From assembly GCA_964291265.2 (NCBI GenBank), contig OZ219746.1, positions 271,510 to 335,509 on the forward strand: DNA of 64,000 nt, read 5' to 3'. Under the pieces are notes generated by a model. It was given only the letters and a program-made list of their open reading frames with translations. It did not search any database and was not told the DNA's origin. This DNA is from Alphaproteobacteria bacterium (lineage in GTDB: Bacteria > Pseudomonadota > Alphaproteobacteria > SP197). The position numbers and the translations under genes were made by a program. Shown here one piece after another: positions 10,648-21,023 of this stretch. Each line of letters begins with the position of its first letter. The first letter of the stretch is position 1.

Positions 10648-11508
10648 GTGATGCACCAATTGCGCAACATGCGGATCGGGCTTGCGGTCTATACGGTGGT
10701 GTTCGTCATCTTCCTCTACAGCCCCTTCATCGTCATGGGCATCCTGAGCTTCCAGACCGGCCCGGAGGGAGGACCCCAGTTCCCGATCATCGAATGGTCC
10801 ACGTTCTGGTACCAGCATATCCTCGGTTTCGCGCCACCCTCGAGGGTTGCACCCCTTCCCATCGGCGAGGCCCTGATCCGCTCGCTGACGCTCGCCTTCG
10901 CGACGATGGTGGTCTCGACGGTTCTCGGTACCCTTTCGGCACAGGCCTTCCGCACGCGCTTCCGCTTCTCGGGTCTCGTCTTCTATCTCGTCGTGCTCGG
11001 CATGATGGTTCCCGGTGTCCTTCTCGGTCTCGGAATGGCGCTGGTGGCTGACCAGCTCGGAGTGCAGCGCCAGTGGTGGAGTACTGCGTTTGTTCTTCAT
11101 GTGGTTTATACCTACCCCTTCGCCTTCCTTGTGATGCTCGCCATCTTCAACCGTTTCGACAGATCCATCGAGGAGGCCGCGTGGACCCTTGGCGTGTCAC
11201 CGGCGAGGACCTTCCGCAAGGTGACCTTTCCGATGATCATGCCCGGGGTACTCTCGGCGATGCTCTTCGCCCTGACGCTCTCATATGACGAGTTTCCGCG
11301 CACGCTCTTCACCGGTGGCGCTGATGTCACCATGCCGATCGCGATCTACGGCGCCTTCGCCGTCGAGATCCACCCCAACCTCTTCGCCTTCGGCGTGCTG
11401 ACGACATTGTTCTCGGTCTCGCTGCTGATCGTCTACGGCCTTCTGATGAGTGTCTCGGTCAGGAGAGCGAGAGCGCGGACAACAGGAATCCAGGAGGAGA
11501 TCCGATGA
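10648..11508 (+). CDS. ABC transporter permease (PotC-like)
   Basis: 286 aa, multi-pass, with the EAA loop FDRSIEEAAWTLGVSP. Confidence 0.85.
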   Translation: MMHQLRNMRIGLAVYTVVFVIFLYSPFIVMGILSFQTGPEGGPQFPIIEWSTFWYQHILGFAPPSRVAPLPIGEALIRSLTLAFATMVVSTVLGTLSAQAFRTRFRFSGLVFYLVVLGMMVPGVLLGLGMALVADQLGVQRQWWSTAFVLHVVYTYPFAFLVMLAIFNRFDRSIEEAAWTLGVSPARTFRKVTFPMIMPGVLSAMLFALTLSYDEFPRTLFTGGADVTMPIAIYGAFAVEIHPNLFAFGVLTTLFSVSLLIVYGLLMSVSVRRARARTTGIQEEIR

Positions 11509-12254
11509 CCGGACGACTCACCCGCCACATCGCGGTCGTCACCGGCGCCGGTTCCGGAATCGGCCGCGCGGTGGCGCTGAGGCTGGCCTCAGAAGGCGCC
11601 AGAGTGACGGTCAACGACCTCCGGGCGGAAACGGCGCACGCCACGGCCGGAATCATTCGCGGCACCGGCGGCGAGGCCGTGGCGGTGGGCGGCGACGTTT
11701 CCGACGAGACCGCCGTGAGGGCGATCTTTGCCGGGGCGCAAGAGGCGTTCGGGGCGGTCACGCTGGCGGTCAGCAATGCCGGAATCGTCCAGCAGGCACG
11801 CTTCACCGAGCTGACGGTGGACGACTGGGACCGGATGATTGCCGTTCATCTCAGAGGCGCCTTTCTCGTCAGCCGCCACGCCATCGGGGCGATGCTGGAG
11901 CGTCGCTCGGGCGTGATCGTCAACATCGCCTCGCAACTCGGACAGATCGGGGGCATCGAACTCGTTCACTACAGCGCGGCGAAAGCCGGAATCATCGGCC
12001 TGACCAAAGCCCTTGCCCGCGAAGTCGGGACTTCGGGCGTGCGTGTCAATGCCGTGGCTCCGGGGCCGATCAACACCGAACTGGTGATGGCGCTTTCCGA
12101 GGAGTGGCGCGCGGCCAAGGCGTCGGCACTGCCACTCGGGCGTTTCGGCGAACCCGAGGAGGTCGCAGCGACCGTGGCCTTCCTTGCCTCCGACGATGCG
12201 GAGCTTTATGTGGGCCAGACACTGGGCCCCAATGCAGGCGACGTGATGCTCTGA
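11505..12254 (+). CDS. SDR family oxidoreductase (FabG-like)
   Basis: TGAGSGIGRA cofactor motif, NAG, and the YSAAK catalytic motif. It overlaps the permease stop by 4 nt. Confidence 0.85.
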   Translation: MTGRLTRHIAVVTGAGSGIGRAVALRLASEGARVTVNDLRAETAHATAGIIRGTGGEAVAVGGDVSDETAVRAIFAGAQEAFGAVTLAVSNAGIVQQARFTELTVDDWDRMIAVHLRGAFLVSRHAIGAMLERRSGVIVNIASQLGQIGGIELVHYSAAKAGIIGLTKALAREVGTSGVRVNAVAPGPINTELVMALSEEWRAAKASALPLGRFGEPEEVAATVAFLASDDAELYVGQTLGPNAGDVML

Positions 12255-12439
12255 AAGCTGGCCGACGAGATGGTCCTTGTGCTCGGGGAATCTCCCACAC
12301 TTCGTCTGATTGTGCGATGAAGCACTGATCGGCGGGTTCCCAGTCTCATTCCTGTCTGGTTCCGGCGTGCGAATCGGGCGCGGGTCAGGCGAGACGCCGT
12401 ATCCGGTGGCCGGGTGGGTTGTTTCCGGGCACCGGGGAT

Positions 12440-12811
12440 TGTGTTGGCGGCGTGCGGGAGCCGCTTGGAGAGGACTCATCGAGGCCGTGATGGCTCCGCT
12501 GTGGTTCAACGGCAGTCGCCGCCTGGTTTCGGCGAAGATCACGGCAGGCGTGATGTTGTTGAGGGTGGCCCGGTTCGCCGGACCCGTTGTCCGTGCGGAG
12601 CAGGTCGACGTCCCCGCCGGAGACACAGTCCCCCTGGCGGTGGTTCAGATTTTCTGCCGCCCAATCGCCGCGATTGAGCCGGAGCATGTCCTTAGGCGAC
12701 GCGGCCCTGGCATCGAACGAGGTGACGACATGGGTGGTTTCTGTGTGGTCGTTGTGGGTTCCTGCACCGCAGGTGTCCCTCTTCACGGTCTCGCGGTCTG
12801 CTCCACTAGTC
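12440..12811 (-). pseudogene. ISAs1-family (H-repeat type) transposase relic, C-terminal fragment
   Basis: Minus-strand frames read TETTHVVTSFDARAASPKDMLRLNRGDWAAENLNHRQGD...LRTDNG, then in a shifted frame RTTGPANRATLNNITPAVIFA. This compares with the ISAs1 consensus ...ERRYYISSL...R.HWGIEN.LHW.LDV.F.ED..R.RTG.GP.N.A.LR. It is frameshifted and is interrupted at 12811 by the IS1634-family element. Confidence 0.55.
12691..12811. repeat. left copy of 121-bp direct repeat flanking the IS1634-family element
   Basis: By eye, identical base for base to 14765..14885 (CTTAGGCGACGCGGCCCTGGCATCGAACGAGG...GGTCTGCTCCACTAGTC). Confidence 0.9.
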
Positions 12812-14764
12812 CGAAGTTCCAGCGCCGATCAAGTGCAAGTGCTTGATATAAATGGCATTCGATGGATCTCAGGGGCGTCTGACTGGGTACATTACGGCTT
12901 CACGCCCAGGAGCTTGAGTGCTCTTCTCTGGAGCGGCGTGGGCCGCGTGGTGACCTGGAAGGGTTGGGCGCCCGCAAGGCGGGGCGCCACGGTGTTGCGG
13001 GTGATGGTCGCGAGATCATCGAGGAGAGTGCGGAAGCTGTGCACCGGATCACCCCCGGGTGTCCTCTTGGTTGCCGCCTTGGCCCGGGCGCTCGCCGAGA
13101 CTTCTGCCGGCGCCACGACGGACGGCCGCCGGGCCTCGGCACCTTCGGCATCCTCGTCGTCGAACAGCATGGGCTTCAGTTTCTGGCGCATGTGCCATTC
13201 AACGTAGTAGGCGAGCATGCACAGGAAGACATGGGCGCGGACCCGGGGTTCGGTGCGGTGGTAGACGGGGCGGACCTTCAGATCCACGGTCTTCAGGCTG
13301 CGGAAGGCCCGTTCCACCGAACTCAACCGCTTGTAGGCGCGCACCGTGCCGGGACCGTCGAGCTCGCTCTGCGGCAGGCTGGTGCGGATCACGTAGAGGC
13401 CGTCGAGCCTGGCCTCGGCGGCGATGGCAGCCTCATCGCGCCCATAGGTGAAGACACCCTCGTCGTCGATGGACCACGTGAAGTGCTTCGCCATCCTGTA
13501 CGTGCTGATGACCTTGCCGACCCTCTCCCCGATCTTGTCGGCACCCTTGAGACGGCGCTTGTCGCGCCGTGTCGCTGCGGCGATCGGTTCAAGCAGGGCC
13601 TCGGTGGCCTCGAGCAGTTCCTGGCGCTTGCGGGCCCGGTCCTCGGCCAGCAGGGGGTTGCGGCAGACCATGAGGCGTTCGCCGGGATACGCATCGCTGG
13701 TGATCTCCACTAGGTCCCTCTCGTCGAAGAGCGACATCTCGACGTCACCCGCCTCCACCAGTGAACGGATGGCCGGTCCCCTCAAGGCGCTGATCCAGTC
13801 CAGGCCTGCGGGCTTCACCTCCTCGCGTATGCGCGCCTCGGTCAGCATCCCCCGGTCTCCCACCAGCACCACCTTCGCCAGGGAGAAGCGCTCCTGCAGC
13901 GTGGTGATCTGTGATGCCACCGTCCCGGGGTCCGCCGTGTTGCCGGGGAACACTTCCACCGACACTGGACAGCCGTCCCGATCGCACAGAAGGCCGAACT
14001 CGATCTGCAGCTTGCCCTTCTTGCCGTCCCGGGAATGACCCCTCCTGGCCAGGGGGCACGCTCTCCCCTCCATCCATACCGAGGTCAGGTCATAGAGCAC
14101 CAGGCAGCCCTCTTCGAGGCGCCGCTTCGCCAGGGACCGCTCGATCCTCTCCTGACGCTCCAGGAGCCAGTCCATGGCGCCGTAGAGGGCGTCCTCGTCC
14201 ATCTCCGCATCGAGGACCTCGCCCAGGGTGCTGACCGCCGTGGCCTCGGCCAGCCCCCTGGCCGTGGCCAGCTTCGAGGCGGGCTCGAGGATGCGTGCCA
14301 CGATCATGGCCAGGACCTGATCGCGCTCATGCGAGGGCTTCGGGTCGATCAACCTGTCCAGTCCCAGCTTCTTCAGGGTTCCCAGCACTGCGGCGACATG
14401 CCCATGGGGTAGGGAGCGGACGATGTCGAAGGCATCGTCGAGATGTCGGACTGCTGTTCCTCCCTTGAGGAGGATGCGCAATCCCTCGACGAGAGTGGGG
14501 GACCACTTGGAGAGGTTGGCGATGGTGCGCTTCTTGACCTTTCCGTTTTCGCGATAGGACTCGCGGAGCAGGATGGCGGGCGGCGAGGAGCGGTTGGGGA
14601 CGGCTTCGATGTACATGGCTACTGTACATAGGCACGGCACTGCCGTATGTCAAGCACAAAATGCATCCGTACATGGGTACACTGTGAAGTCCGTCAAACC
14701 CGATAAACCGCGCAATATCAACGACTTGACGCGATTTCCAGCTGGAAAACGTCCGGAACTTCGG
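12812..14764 (-). mobile_element. IS1634-family insertion sequence (~1.95 kb)
   Basis: One transposase ORF. Terminal inverted repeats are CGAAGTTCC at 12812-12820 and GGAACTTCG at 14756-14764. It is bounded by a 121-bp direct duplication of the target. Confidence 0.8.
12892..14616 (-). CDS. IS1634 family transposase
   Basis: N-terminus MYIEAVPNRSSPPAILLRESYRENGKVKKRTIANLSKW matches the characteristic IS1634 start. About 574 aa, intact. Start taken at the internal ATG at 14616. Confidence 0.85.
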   Translation of the reverse strand: MYIEAVPNRSSPPAILLRESYRENGKVKKRTIANLSKWSPTLVEGLRILLKGGTAVRHLDDAFDIVRSLPHGHVAAVLGTLKKLGLDRLIDPKPSHERDQVLAMIVARILEPASKLATARGLAEATAVSTLGEVLDAEMDEDALYGAMDWLLERQERIERSLAKRRLEEGCLVLYDLTSVWMEGRACPLARRGHSRDGKKGKLQIEFGLLCDRDGCPVSVEVFPGNTADPGTVASQITTLQERFSLAKVVLVGDRGMLTEARIREEVKPAGLDWISALRGPAIRSLVEAGDVEMSLFDERDLVEITSDAYPGERLMVCRNPLLAEDRARKRQELLEATEALLEPIAAATRRDKRRLKGADKIGERVGKVISTYRMAKHFTWSIDDEGVFTYGRDEAAIAAEARLDGLYVIRTSLPQSELDGPGTVRAYKRLSSVERAFRSLKTVDLKVRPVYHRTEPRVRAHVFLCMLAYYVEWHMRQKLKPMLFDDEDAEGAEARRPSVVAPAEVSASARAKAATKRTPGGDPVHSFRTLLDDLATITRNTVAPRLAGAQPFQVTTRPTPLQRRALKLLGVKP

Positions 14765-14885
14765 CTTAGGCGACGCGGCCCTGGCATCGAACGAGGTGAC
14801 GACATGGGTGGTTTCTGTGTGGTCGTTGTGGGTTCCTGCACCGCAGGTGTCCCTCTTCACGGTCTCGCGGTCTGCTCCACTAGTC
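14765..14885. repeat. right copy of 121-bp direct repeat flanking the IS1634-family element
   Basis: Identical to 12691..12811. Confidence 0.9.
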
Positions 14886-15450
14886 ATGAGTCATGTCACG
14901 GCAAGGGCACTTTGCCGCACGTCGAGGGCGCGACGAGGTTTTGAAGGGTGTGGGTCGGGACGCCCTCGCCGGTCGTTCAGCCGGAGATCCAGCGCTTCAC
15001 TTCGCTCTGGTGGCCGACCTGCCGGGCCCGTTCGACGATGTCGGCGCCGGAACTGCTGTTCAAGCAGACCAGCCGATCCAGCGGTCGCGCACGGCTGCCA
15101 GCCGACCGGCGCGATCCAGGTCCTGCCCGCCAGGGCGACATGGCGCAGGCCCTCTGTGATATGCCGCGACACCGCAGGTCGTGATGCTCCCCCACCAGAC
15201 GGTCCACGGAGCCGGTGCTCACGTGCGCCACGGATCGGGTTCAACCGTCACCTCAGCGAAGGTCGATGGAGGAATCCGGGGTCGAGTGCATCGTCATGGT
15301 CGGCACACACACCACGCGCCAATAGCGGAATGGTCCGCTCAGAATCAGCATGCGTCGATCGCCGTGACGGCAATGGAAGATCCCTGGGACCGCAGGTGCG
15401 ACGCCGGTAGCAGCGTTGGCCGCACCGATGAACGGCATGAACGGGCGCAC
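14765..15450 (-). pseudogene. ISAs1-family transposase relic, N-terminal/central fragment
   Basis: Continuation upstream of the duplicated TETTHVVTSFDARAASPK block. Fragments in several minus frames resemble ISAs1 regions: ALAGRTWIAPVGWQPCATAGSAG (compare G.IVTIDAMGCQ..IA), DRLVCLNSSSGADIVERA, and HGDRRMLILSGPFRYWRVVCV (compare R.H.L..IL.IA.CAV). Multiple frameshifts. Confidence 0.4.
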
Positions 15451-15717
15451 CAGCGATGGCCGAAGCCGTGGCCGAGATCGCCATCAAGGTCGGCCGTCGC
15501 ACGACCCATCGCTCCTTTCTTCAGCCACGGCGGGACCAGGCGGTTCGTTGCCGCGCGATCTGCACCCCTCCCCTGTTGCAATGCTCCGCTCCAGCTGGCT
15601 GGCAGTGGAACCGGAAAACCGACCGCATCTCGAGAAAATTGTCGCACCCGGTCAAGACACGGACGCGTCGGGCGGATAGACTTGCAGCCCATCGCCGCCC
15701 ATCACAAGGGAAGTCTC

Positions 15718-17469
15718 ATGACCAGATCCGACATCGACCCGATCACGCTGAGCGTGGTGCGCGGGGTCCTAGAAACCACGCAGCGCGAGATGACCGTGTC
15801 ACTGGAGAAGACCGCGCGATCCTCGGTTTTCAACCTTGCACACGATTATTCCACGGCCCTTTTCGATGCCAAGCCCGAGATGATCCTGCAGGGACAGGAT
15901 ATTCCCATCCATATCGGTTCGCTGATTCCGGCGATGAAGGCCGTCTGGAACTTCTTCGAGGACGATGTCCACGAGGGTGACCTCATCCTTCACAATGACC
16001 CCGACTATGCAGGATCCCACATCATCGACACCTGCATGTACTGGCCTGTGTTCTACGATGGGGAACTTGTCTTCTGGACTGTTTGCAAGGGGCATCTTAC
16101 CGATATCGGCGGCCCCGTTCCGGCAGGCTACAACCCCGAAGCGAAAGAGATCTATGCCGAGGGCCTGCGCATTCCGCCGATCAAGATCCGGGAGAAAGGC
16201 AAGCCGCGTCACGACATCATGAACATGATCCTCACCAACATGCGTGCCCGTCGCGACCAGGAAGGCGACTTCAACGCGCTGATCGGGTCCTGTCAGGTCG
16301 GTGCGCGCAATCTGGTCGCATTGCTCGACAAGTACGGCGTCGATGAGGTGAAGGCGTGCATCGATGTTCTGATGGACATGGCCGACAGGCACATGCGGTC
16401 GCTCATCGCGGGAGTTCCGGACGGTACCTACACCGGTACAGCCATCCTCGAAGATGCGGGCCACGGATTCGGTGATTTCGAGATCACGGCGAATGTCACC
16501 ATCAGGGATGACACCTGCCACATCGCCATCGACAGCCCTCCGCAGATTCCCTATTTCATCAATTCCTACGAGGGCAACTCCTACTCCGGCGTCTATCTCG
16601 GTCTGATGATGTTCGCGCAACTGCCGCCACCCTACAACGAGGGGCTTTATCGCTGTGTCAGCGTCGACATGGGCCCCAAGGGCACGCTGTGCAACGCTCA
16701 AGAACCCGCACCGCATGCCAACTGCACGACGACACCTATGGAAACACTGACCGATGCGGTGCGGCTCGCCTTCGAAAGGGCAGCGCCCGACAGGGTGTCG
16801 GCGAGTTGGGGGCACGCCAACGGCTGCACGATTTCGGGCTGGGATGCACGGCACAACGAGGAATACGTCACGATGGTGCTTGCCACGATCATTTCCGGTG
16901 CCGGGGCCACACCCAGCCAGGACGGCTGGCACGCCGTAGGACCGGAGTGTTGTTTCGGAGCCCTGACGTCAGGTGACATCGAACTTCTCGAACATGCCTA
17001 TCCGGTCATCATCCACGGCTATTCTCTGATGACCGATTCCGGCGGTGCGGGAAAGTTCCGCGGCGGCTCCGGAACGCGCTGGGAAGTGGAGCCGCTCGAA
17101 GGTGAGATGACCTATGTCACCTTTGGCGAGGGCCGCCGCATTCCGGCGATGGGCGCTTCCGGCGCGGCCTCGGCCTTGATCGAACCCAAGGTTGGCAAGC
17201 TCGAGATCACCCGCAACGGCGAGACCGTCACCATCAAGGAGAACGTCATCGAGACGATTCGTCCGGGAGAACGGGCGGCCAACAAGAATCCCGGTGGCGG
17301 TGGATACGGAAATCCCTTCGAGCGTGATGTCGAGAAGGTGCTCCAGGATGTGAAGAACGGTCTTGTCTCGGTCGTCGGTGCACGTGAAGACTACGGTGTC
17401 GTTATCGCTGATGATCGGGTGCTGACGGTGGACCGCACCGCTACCGACGCACTGCGCGCCGGCTGCTGA
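15718..17469 (+). CDS. hyuB: hydantoinase B / oxoprolinase family protein
   Basis: In-frame ATG at 15718 (MTRSDIDPITLSVVRGVLETTQREM) is the typical HyuB N-terminus. The upstream part of track ORF 15181..17469 overlaps the IS debris. Confidence 0.85.
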   Translation: MTRSDIDPITLSVVRGVLETTQREMTVSLEKTARSSVFNLAHDYSTALFDAKPEMILQGQDIPIHIGSLIPAMKAVWNFFEDDVHEGDLILHNDPDYAGSHIIDTCMYWPVFYDGELVFWTVCKGHLTDIGGPVPAGYNPEAKEIYAEGLRIPPIKIREKGKPRHDIMNMILTNMRARRDQEGDFNALIGSCQVGARNLVALLDKYGVDEVKACIDVLMDMADRHMRSLIAGVPDGTYTGTAILEDAGHGFGDFEITANVTIRDDTCHIAIDSPPQIPYFINSYEGNSYSGVYLGLMMFAQLPPPYNEGLYRCVSVDMGPKGTLCNAQEPAPHANCTTTPMETLTDAVRLAFERAAPDRVSASWGHANGCTISGWDARHNEEYVTMVLATIISGAGATPSQDGWHAVGPECCFGALTSGDIELLEHAYPVIIHGYSLMTDSGGAGKFRGGSGTRWEVEPLEGEMTYVTFGEGRRIPAMGASGAASALIEPKVGKLEITRNGETVTIKENVIETIRPGERAANKNPGGGGYGNPFERDVEKVLQDVKNGLVSVVGAREDYGVVIADDRVLTVDRTATDALRAGC

Positions 17470-17481
17470 GGGCGCTCCGGG

Positions 17482-19560
17482 ATGGCGACATACAGACTCG
17501 GCATCGACGCCGGCGGGACCTTTACCGATTTCGTGCTGGCCTCTCGGGGTGGTGGTGTTCGTCTCTTCAAGGCGCTATCGACACCCGGTGATCCGACGGC
17601 CGCGATCCGTGCTGGCCTTTCCCTGATGGCCGAAGCGACCGGCGAGAGTCCGGAGAGTCTGGTCGCGAACGCGGACCTCTGCATCAACGGCACGACCGTC
17701 GCGCTCAATGCACTCATCCAGCACCAGGGGGCCTCCACAGGACTGATCTGCACCGCCGGGCACGAGGACAGCATCGAGATCCGCCTGGGGCACAAGGAGG
17801 ATGGCTACCGCTATGACACCGAGTATCCGCCGGCAACCATGCTCGTGCCCCGCTACCTGCGCCGAGGTGTTCGCGAGCGGGTGATCTCCGACGGTTCGAT
17901 CCACACGCCCATGGTCGAGGATGATGTCCGCGCCGCCTGCGAGCTCTTTCTCAAGGAGGGTATCCGCTCGGTCGCCGTCTCCTTCGTCTGGTCGGTGCTC
18001 AATCCCGTCCACGAGCGGCGTGCCGCCGCCATCGTGACCGAGATGATGCCGGACGCCCTCCTGACCATCGGTTGTGAACTCTATCCGCAGGTGCGCGAAT
18101 ACACGCGGACATCGACGGCGGTGGTCAATGCCTATCTCGGTCCGGTACTGCGCTCTTATGCGAATGCGGTCGACGATTATTTTCGGGAACTCGGTGCAAG
18201 GAACCCCGTGCGCTTTTTCCAGTCGAACGGAGGACTCGCCACCGGCAACGTGCTCTCGGACCGCTCCGTCTATGCGATCAATTCCGGTCCGGCTTCGGCA
18301 CCGCAGGCGGGGCTCCATGTAGCGGCGCCGTTCGGGGAGAACAACATCATCACCGTTGACATGGGCGGAACGTCCTTCGACATCACGCTCACCAGGAACG
18401 GTGTTTCCAATATCACCAAGAACATCGACTTCCTCCGCTACCGTCTCGGCGTACCGATGATCCAGGTCGAGACACTCGGTGCCGGTGGGGGATCCATCGG
18501 CAGGATCGATGAACTCGGACTCCTGCAGGTCGGACCGGAGAGCGCCGGTGCCGATCCGGGACCTGCCTGCTACGCTCGGGGCGGGCACCGGCCGACGGTG
18601 TCCGATGCCAACCTCGTGCTCGGCTACCTCAATCCCGAGGGTCTTGTCGGTGGCATCCTGCCGCTGGACAGACGACAGGCGATGGAGGCCATCCGGACCC
18701 ACGTGGCCGAGCCGCTCGGCATCAGCGTCGAGACCGCAGCCTTCGGCATCTACACCATCGTCAACGCCAACATGGTCAATGGCATCCGCCGGGTGTCCGT
18801 GGAGCGCGGCGACGATCCCCGGGACTTCACGCTTGTCGGCGCCGGCGGTGCGACCGCGGCGCACATCACCGCACTGGCTCGCGAGATGGAGATCCGCAGG
18901 GTCCTGATCCCCAAGCTCGCTTCGGGCCTGTGCGCTTTCGGACAGATCATTTCCGATGTGAAGTACAACTACATGGCGCCTTTCCCGGCGCGTTTCGAAG
19001 GAGAGGCAACCGCCGGAGAACTCGCCCGGACCTTCGCGGCGATCGAGGCGCGTGGTCTGCGCGACCTCGAGGAAGATGGTTTCTCGCGCGACCGGATCGA
19101 CATCCAGCGTTCACTCGACATGCGCTATGTCGGGCAGGTTCACGAATGCATGGTGGAGATTGGCGACATGGCAATCACGTGCGAGTCCCTCGAAACCATC
19201 CGTGACGCCTTCCACAGACGCCACGAGGAGCTCTACACCTATTCCGAGCCTCACAGCGTTGTTGAGGTGGTGAATATCGAGAGCGCGGTTTTCGGCCGCA
19301 TTGACAAGCCGCAAGGTGTGGAACTGCCGGCATCCGACGGGCCGGAGGCTGCAGTGAAGGGGGCGCGGGACCTGATCCTCTCAGCTGATGGCGGCGTCCA
19401 CGGTGTTTGCGTCTTCGATGGCAACAGGCTCGGAGCCGGTGACAGGATCACGGGCCCGGCCGTCATCGAGGAGGACACGACGACCATCCTCCTCACGCCG
19501 GGTTGGCGGGCGGAGCTTCACCCTTCGGGTGTCTACGTCCTCACCGATCATGGTGCCTGA
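17482..19560 (+). CDS. hyuA: hydantoinase A / oxoprolinase family protein
   Basis: 692 aa. N-terminus YRLGIDAGGTFTDFV and an internal VDMGGTSFD ATPase motif. Confidence 0.9.
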   Translation: MATYRLGIDAGGTFTDFVLASRGGGVRLFKALSTPGDPTAAIRAGLSLMAEATGESPESLVANADLCINGTTVALNALIQHQGASTGLICTAGHEDSIEIRLGHKEDGYRYDTEYPPATMLVPRYLRRGVRERVISDGSIHTPMVEDDVRAACELFLKEGIRSVAVSFVWSVLNPVHERRAAAIVTEMMPDALLTIGCELYPQVREYTRTSTAVVNAYLGPVLRSYANAVDDYFRELGARNPVRFFQSNGGLATGNVLSDRSVYAINSGPASAPQAGLHVAAPFGENNIITVDMGGTSFDITLTRNGVSNITKNIDFLRYRLGVPMIQVETLGAGGGSIGRIDELGLLQVGPESAGADPGPACYARGGHRPTVSDANLVLGYLNPEGLVGGILPLDRRQAMEAIRTHVAEPLGISVETAAFGIYTIVNANMVNGIRRVSVERGDDPRDFTLVGAGGATAAHITALAREMEIRRVLIPKLASGLCAFGQIISDVKYNYMAPFPARFEGEATAGELARTFAAIEARGLRDLEEDGFSRDRIDIQRSLDMRYVGQVHECMVEIGDMAITCESLETIRDAFHRRHEELYTYSEPHSVVEVVNIESAVFGRIDKPQGVELPASDGPEAAVKGARDLILSADGGVHGVCVFDGNRLGAGDRITGPAVIEEDTTTILLTPGWRAELHPSGVYVLTDHGA

Positions 19561-19697
19561 CCGCAAGCATCCTCCCAGAGGAACGTGCACCGACAGGGTG
19601 CAGGCCCCTCGCAGGGTTTGCTCGACAACCTTCGGAGCACCGGCGATTCAGCCATCGGTGGTCGGCCGCATGCGCTTCCGGCCAGGGTGATCCTGCG

Positions 19698-20699
19698 TCA
19701 GTCCCGCTCCGGGCGGCTCGTAGCGGCCAGAAATCGTTCAAGGGAACCGCGGATCACCTTCTCCTCGAGGCCACGGGTGATGAAGACGATTCGCGACGAA
19801 CGATCCCCGTCCGGCCAGCGCCTGAGGTGCATCGGTGGGTGCACGACATGCTGAACACCGTGGAGCACCACCGGTGTTTCCGAGTCCTCGACATTGAGGA
19901 TGCCCTTGACGCGGAGCACCCGTTCTCCATGGGCATGAAGGAGCATCGTCATCCACACGCCGAAGGCGGTCCAGTCGATGAGGCCTTCGAAACGCAGCAC
20001 GAAGGTCCCAGTGGAGGTCGCGTCGAGATGGTGGTCGATGGTCGAGGCACCGGCGAGCCAGCGGGCGACTTCCGTCTCGCGGCGCTCTGCAGCGGCGACA
20101 TCGTCCGAGAACAGGAAGTCCGCGTCGAAGGCGCGTCCCGACCCGTGGTGAAGGCCGGCCATCGGCGAGACGGCCCTGACCTGCGCCTCGAGGGTCTCCA
20201 CGGCCTCGGCTGTGGCAAGGTCGCACTTCGTGATGAGTACCCGGTCGGCCATGGCGAGCTGCTTGACGGCCTCGTCCTGGCGGGCCAGCGTGGATTTGCC
20301 GGCCACGGCCTCCACCGTGCAGATGGTGTTGCCGATGCAGAAGTGGTTGCGGATCACGGGTTCTGCAGCGACGGTCGAGACAATGGGTGCCGGGTCGGCG
20401 AGACCGGTCGTCTCGACCACGACCCGGCTGAAAGCCGGGATCGCACCCTTTGCGGCCTTCGCCTGCAGCGATTTCAGGGTGTCTCTGAGGTCACTGCGAA
20501 TGGTGCAGCACAGGCAGCCCGATTCCAGCAACAGGACTCCTTCCTCGACCTCCTCGAGGAGAATGTGGTCGAGTCCGACCTCGCCGAACTCATTGACGAT
20601 TACGGCGGTATCGGCGAACGCCGGACGCGAAAGGATGTCGCGCAACAGCGTCGTCTTTCCCGACCCCAGGAAGCCTGTGACGATGTTGACAGGAATCAC
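19698..20699 (-). CDS. CobW/COG0523 family GTP-binding metallochaperone
   Basis: P-loop VTGFLGSGKTTLL, the CXCC motif (GCLCCT), and a CobW C-terminal domain. I prefer GTG at 20699, which overlaps the upstream stop (GTGA). Confidence 0.85.
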   Translation of the reverse strand: MIPVNIVTGFLGSGKTTLLRDILSRPAFADTAVIVNEFGEVGLDHILLEEVEEGVLLLESGCLCCTIRSDLRDTLKSLQAKAAKGAIPAFSRVVVETTGLADPAPIVSTVAAEPVIRNHFCIGNTICTVEAVAGKSTLARQDEAVKQLAMADRVLITKCDLATAEAVETLEAQVRAVSPMAGLHHGSGRAFDADFLFSDDVAAAERRETEVARWLAGASTIDHHLDATSTGTFVLRFEGLIDWTAFGVWMTMLLHAHGERVLRVKGILNVEDSETPVVLHGVQHVVHPPMHLRRWPDGDRSSRIVFITRGLEEKVIRGSLERFLAATSRPERD

Positions 20700-21019
20700 G
20701 TTCCGATGTCGCCGATTGCCCTGAGCCAAGCCGGATCGCACGGGTCAGCGGGGGCGCCGCGAAGCCGTTCCACGGCCCCCCAGACGGCCTGGATGTCGTC
20801 GACGATTTCCTTCTTCCCCGTCGCCGTGGAGACCACATAGGCGGTGGCCTGGAAGTCGGCAACCGTTATCCTGAACGGTGCCAGTGCGCGATTGACCACG
20901 GCCATGCGGTTCAAGCGTTCCGAGCGAATGGTGCGCCTGCGAGATCCCGTGAAGGTGTCGGGATGTGCCGACATCTCCGTCCAGTGGGTGATTCCCAGAA
21001 GCCCGCAGAGTCCGCACAT
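20696..21019 (-). CDS. small hypothetical protein, translationally coupled to the COG0523 gene
   Basis: 107-aa ORF (MCGLCGLLGITHWTEMSAHPD...). It starts 5 nt after the deacetylase stop and overlaps the CobW start. No motif recognised. Confidence 0.5.
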   Translation of the reverse strand: MCGLCGLLGITHWTEMSAHPDTFTGSRRRTIRSERLNRMAVVNRALAPFRITVADFQATAYVVSTATGKKEIVDDIQAVWGAVERLRGAPADPCDPAWLRAIGDIGT

Positions 21020-21023
21020 GGCG

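Noticed and set aside
15181-15717. Upstream extension of the hyuB ORF (track start 15181)
   Set aside because: The extension is Arg/His-rich, overlaps the ISAs1 debris, and precedes the conserved HyuB N-terminus MTRSDIDPITLSVVRG at 15718.
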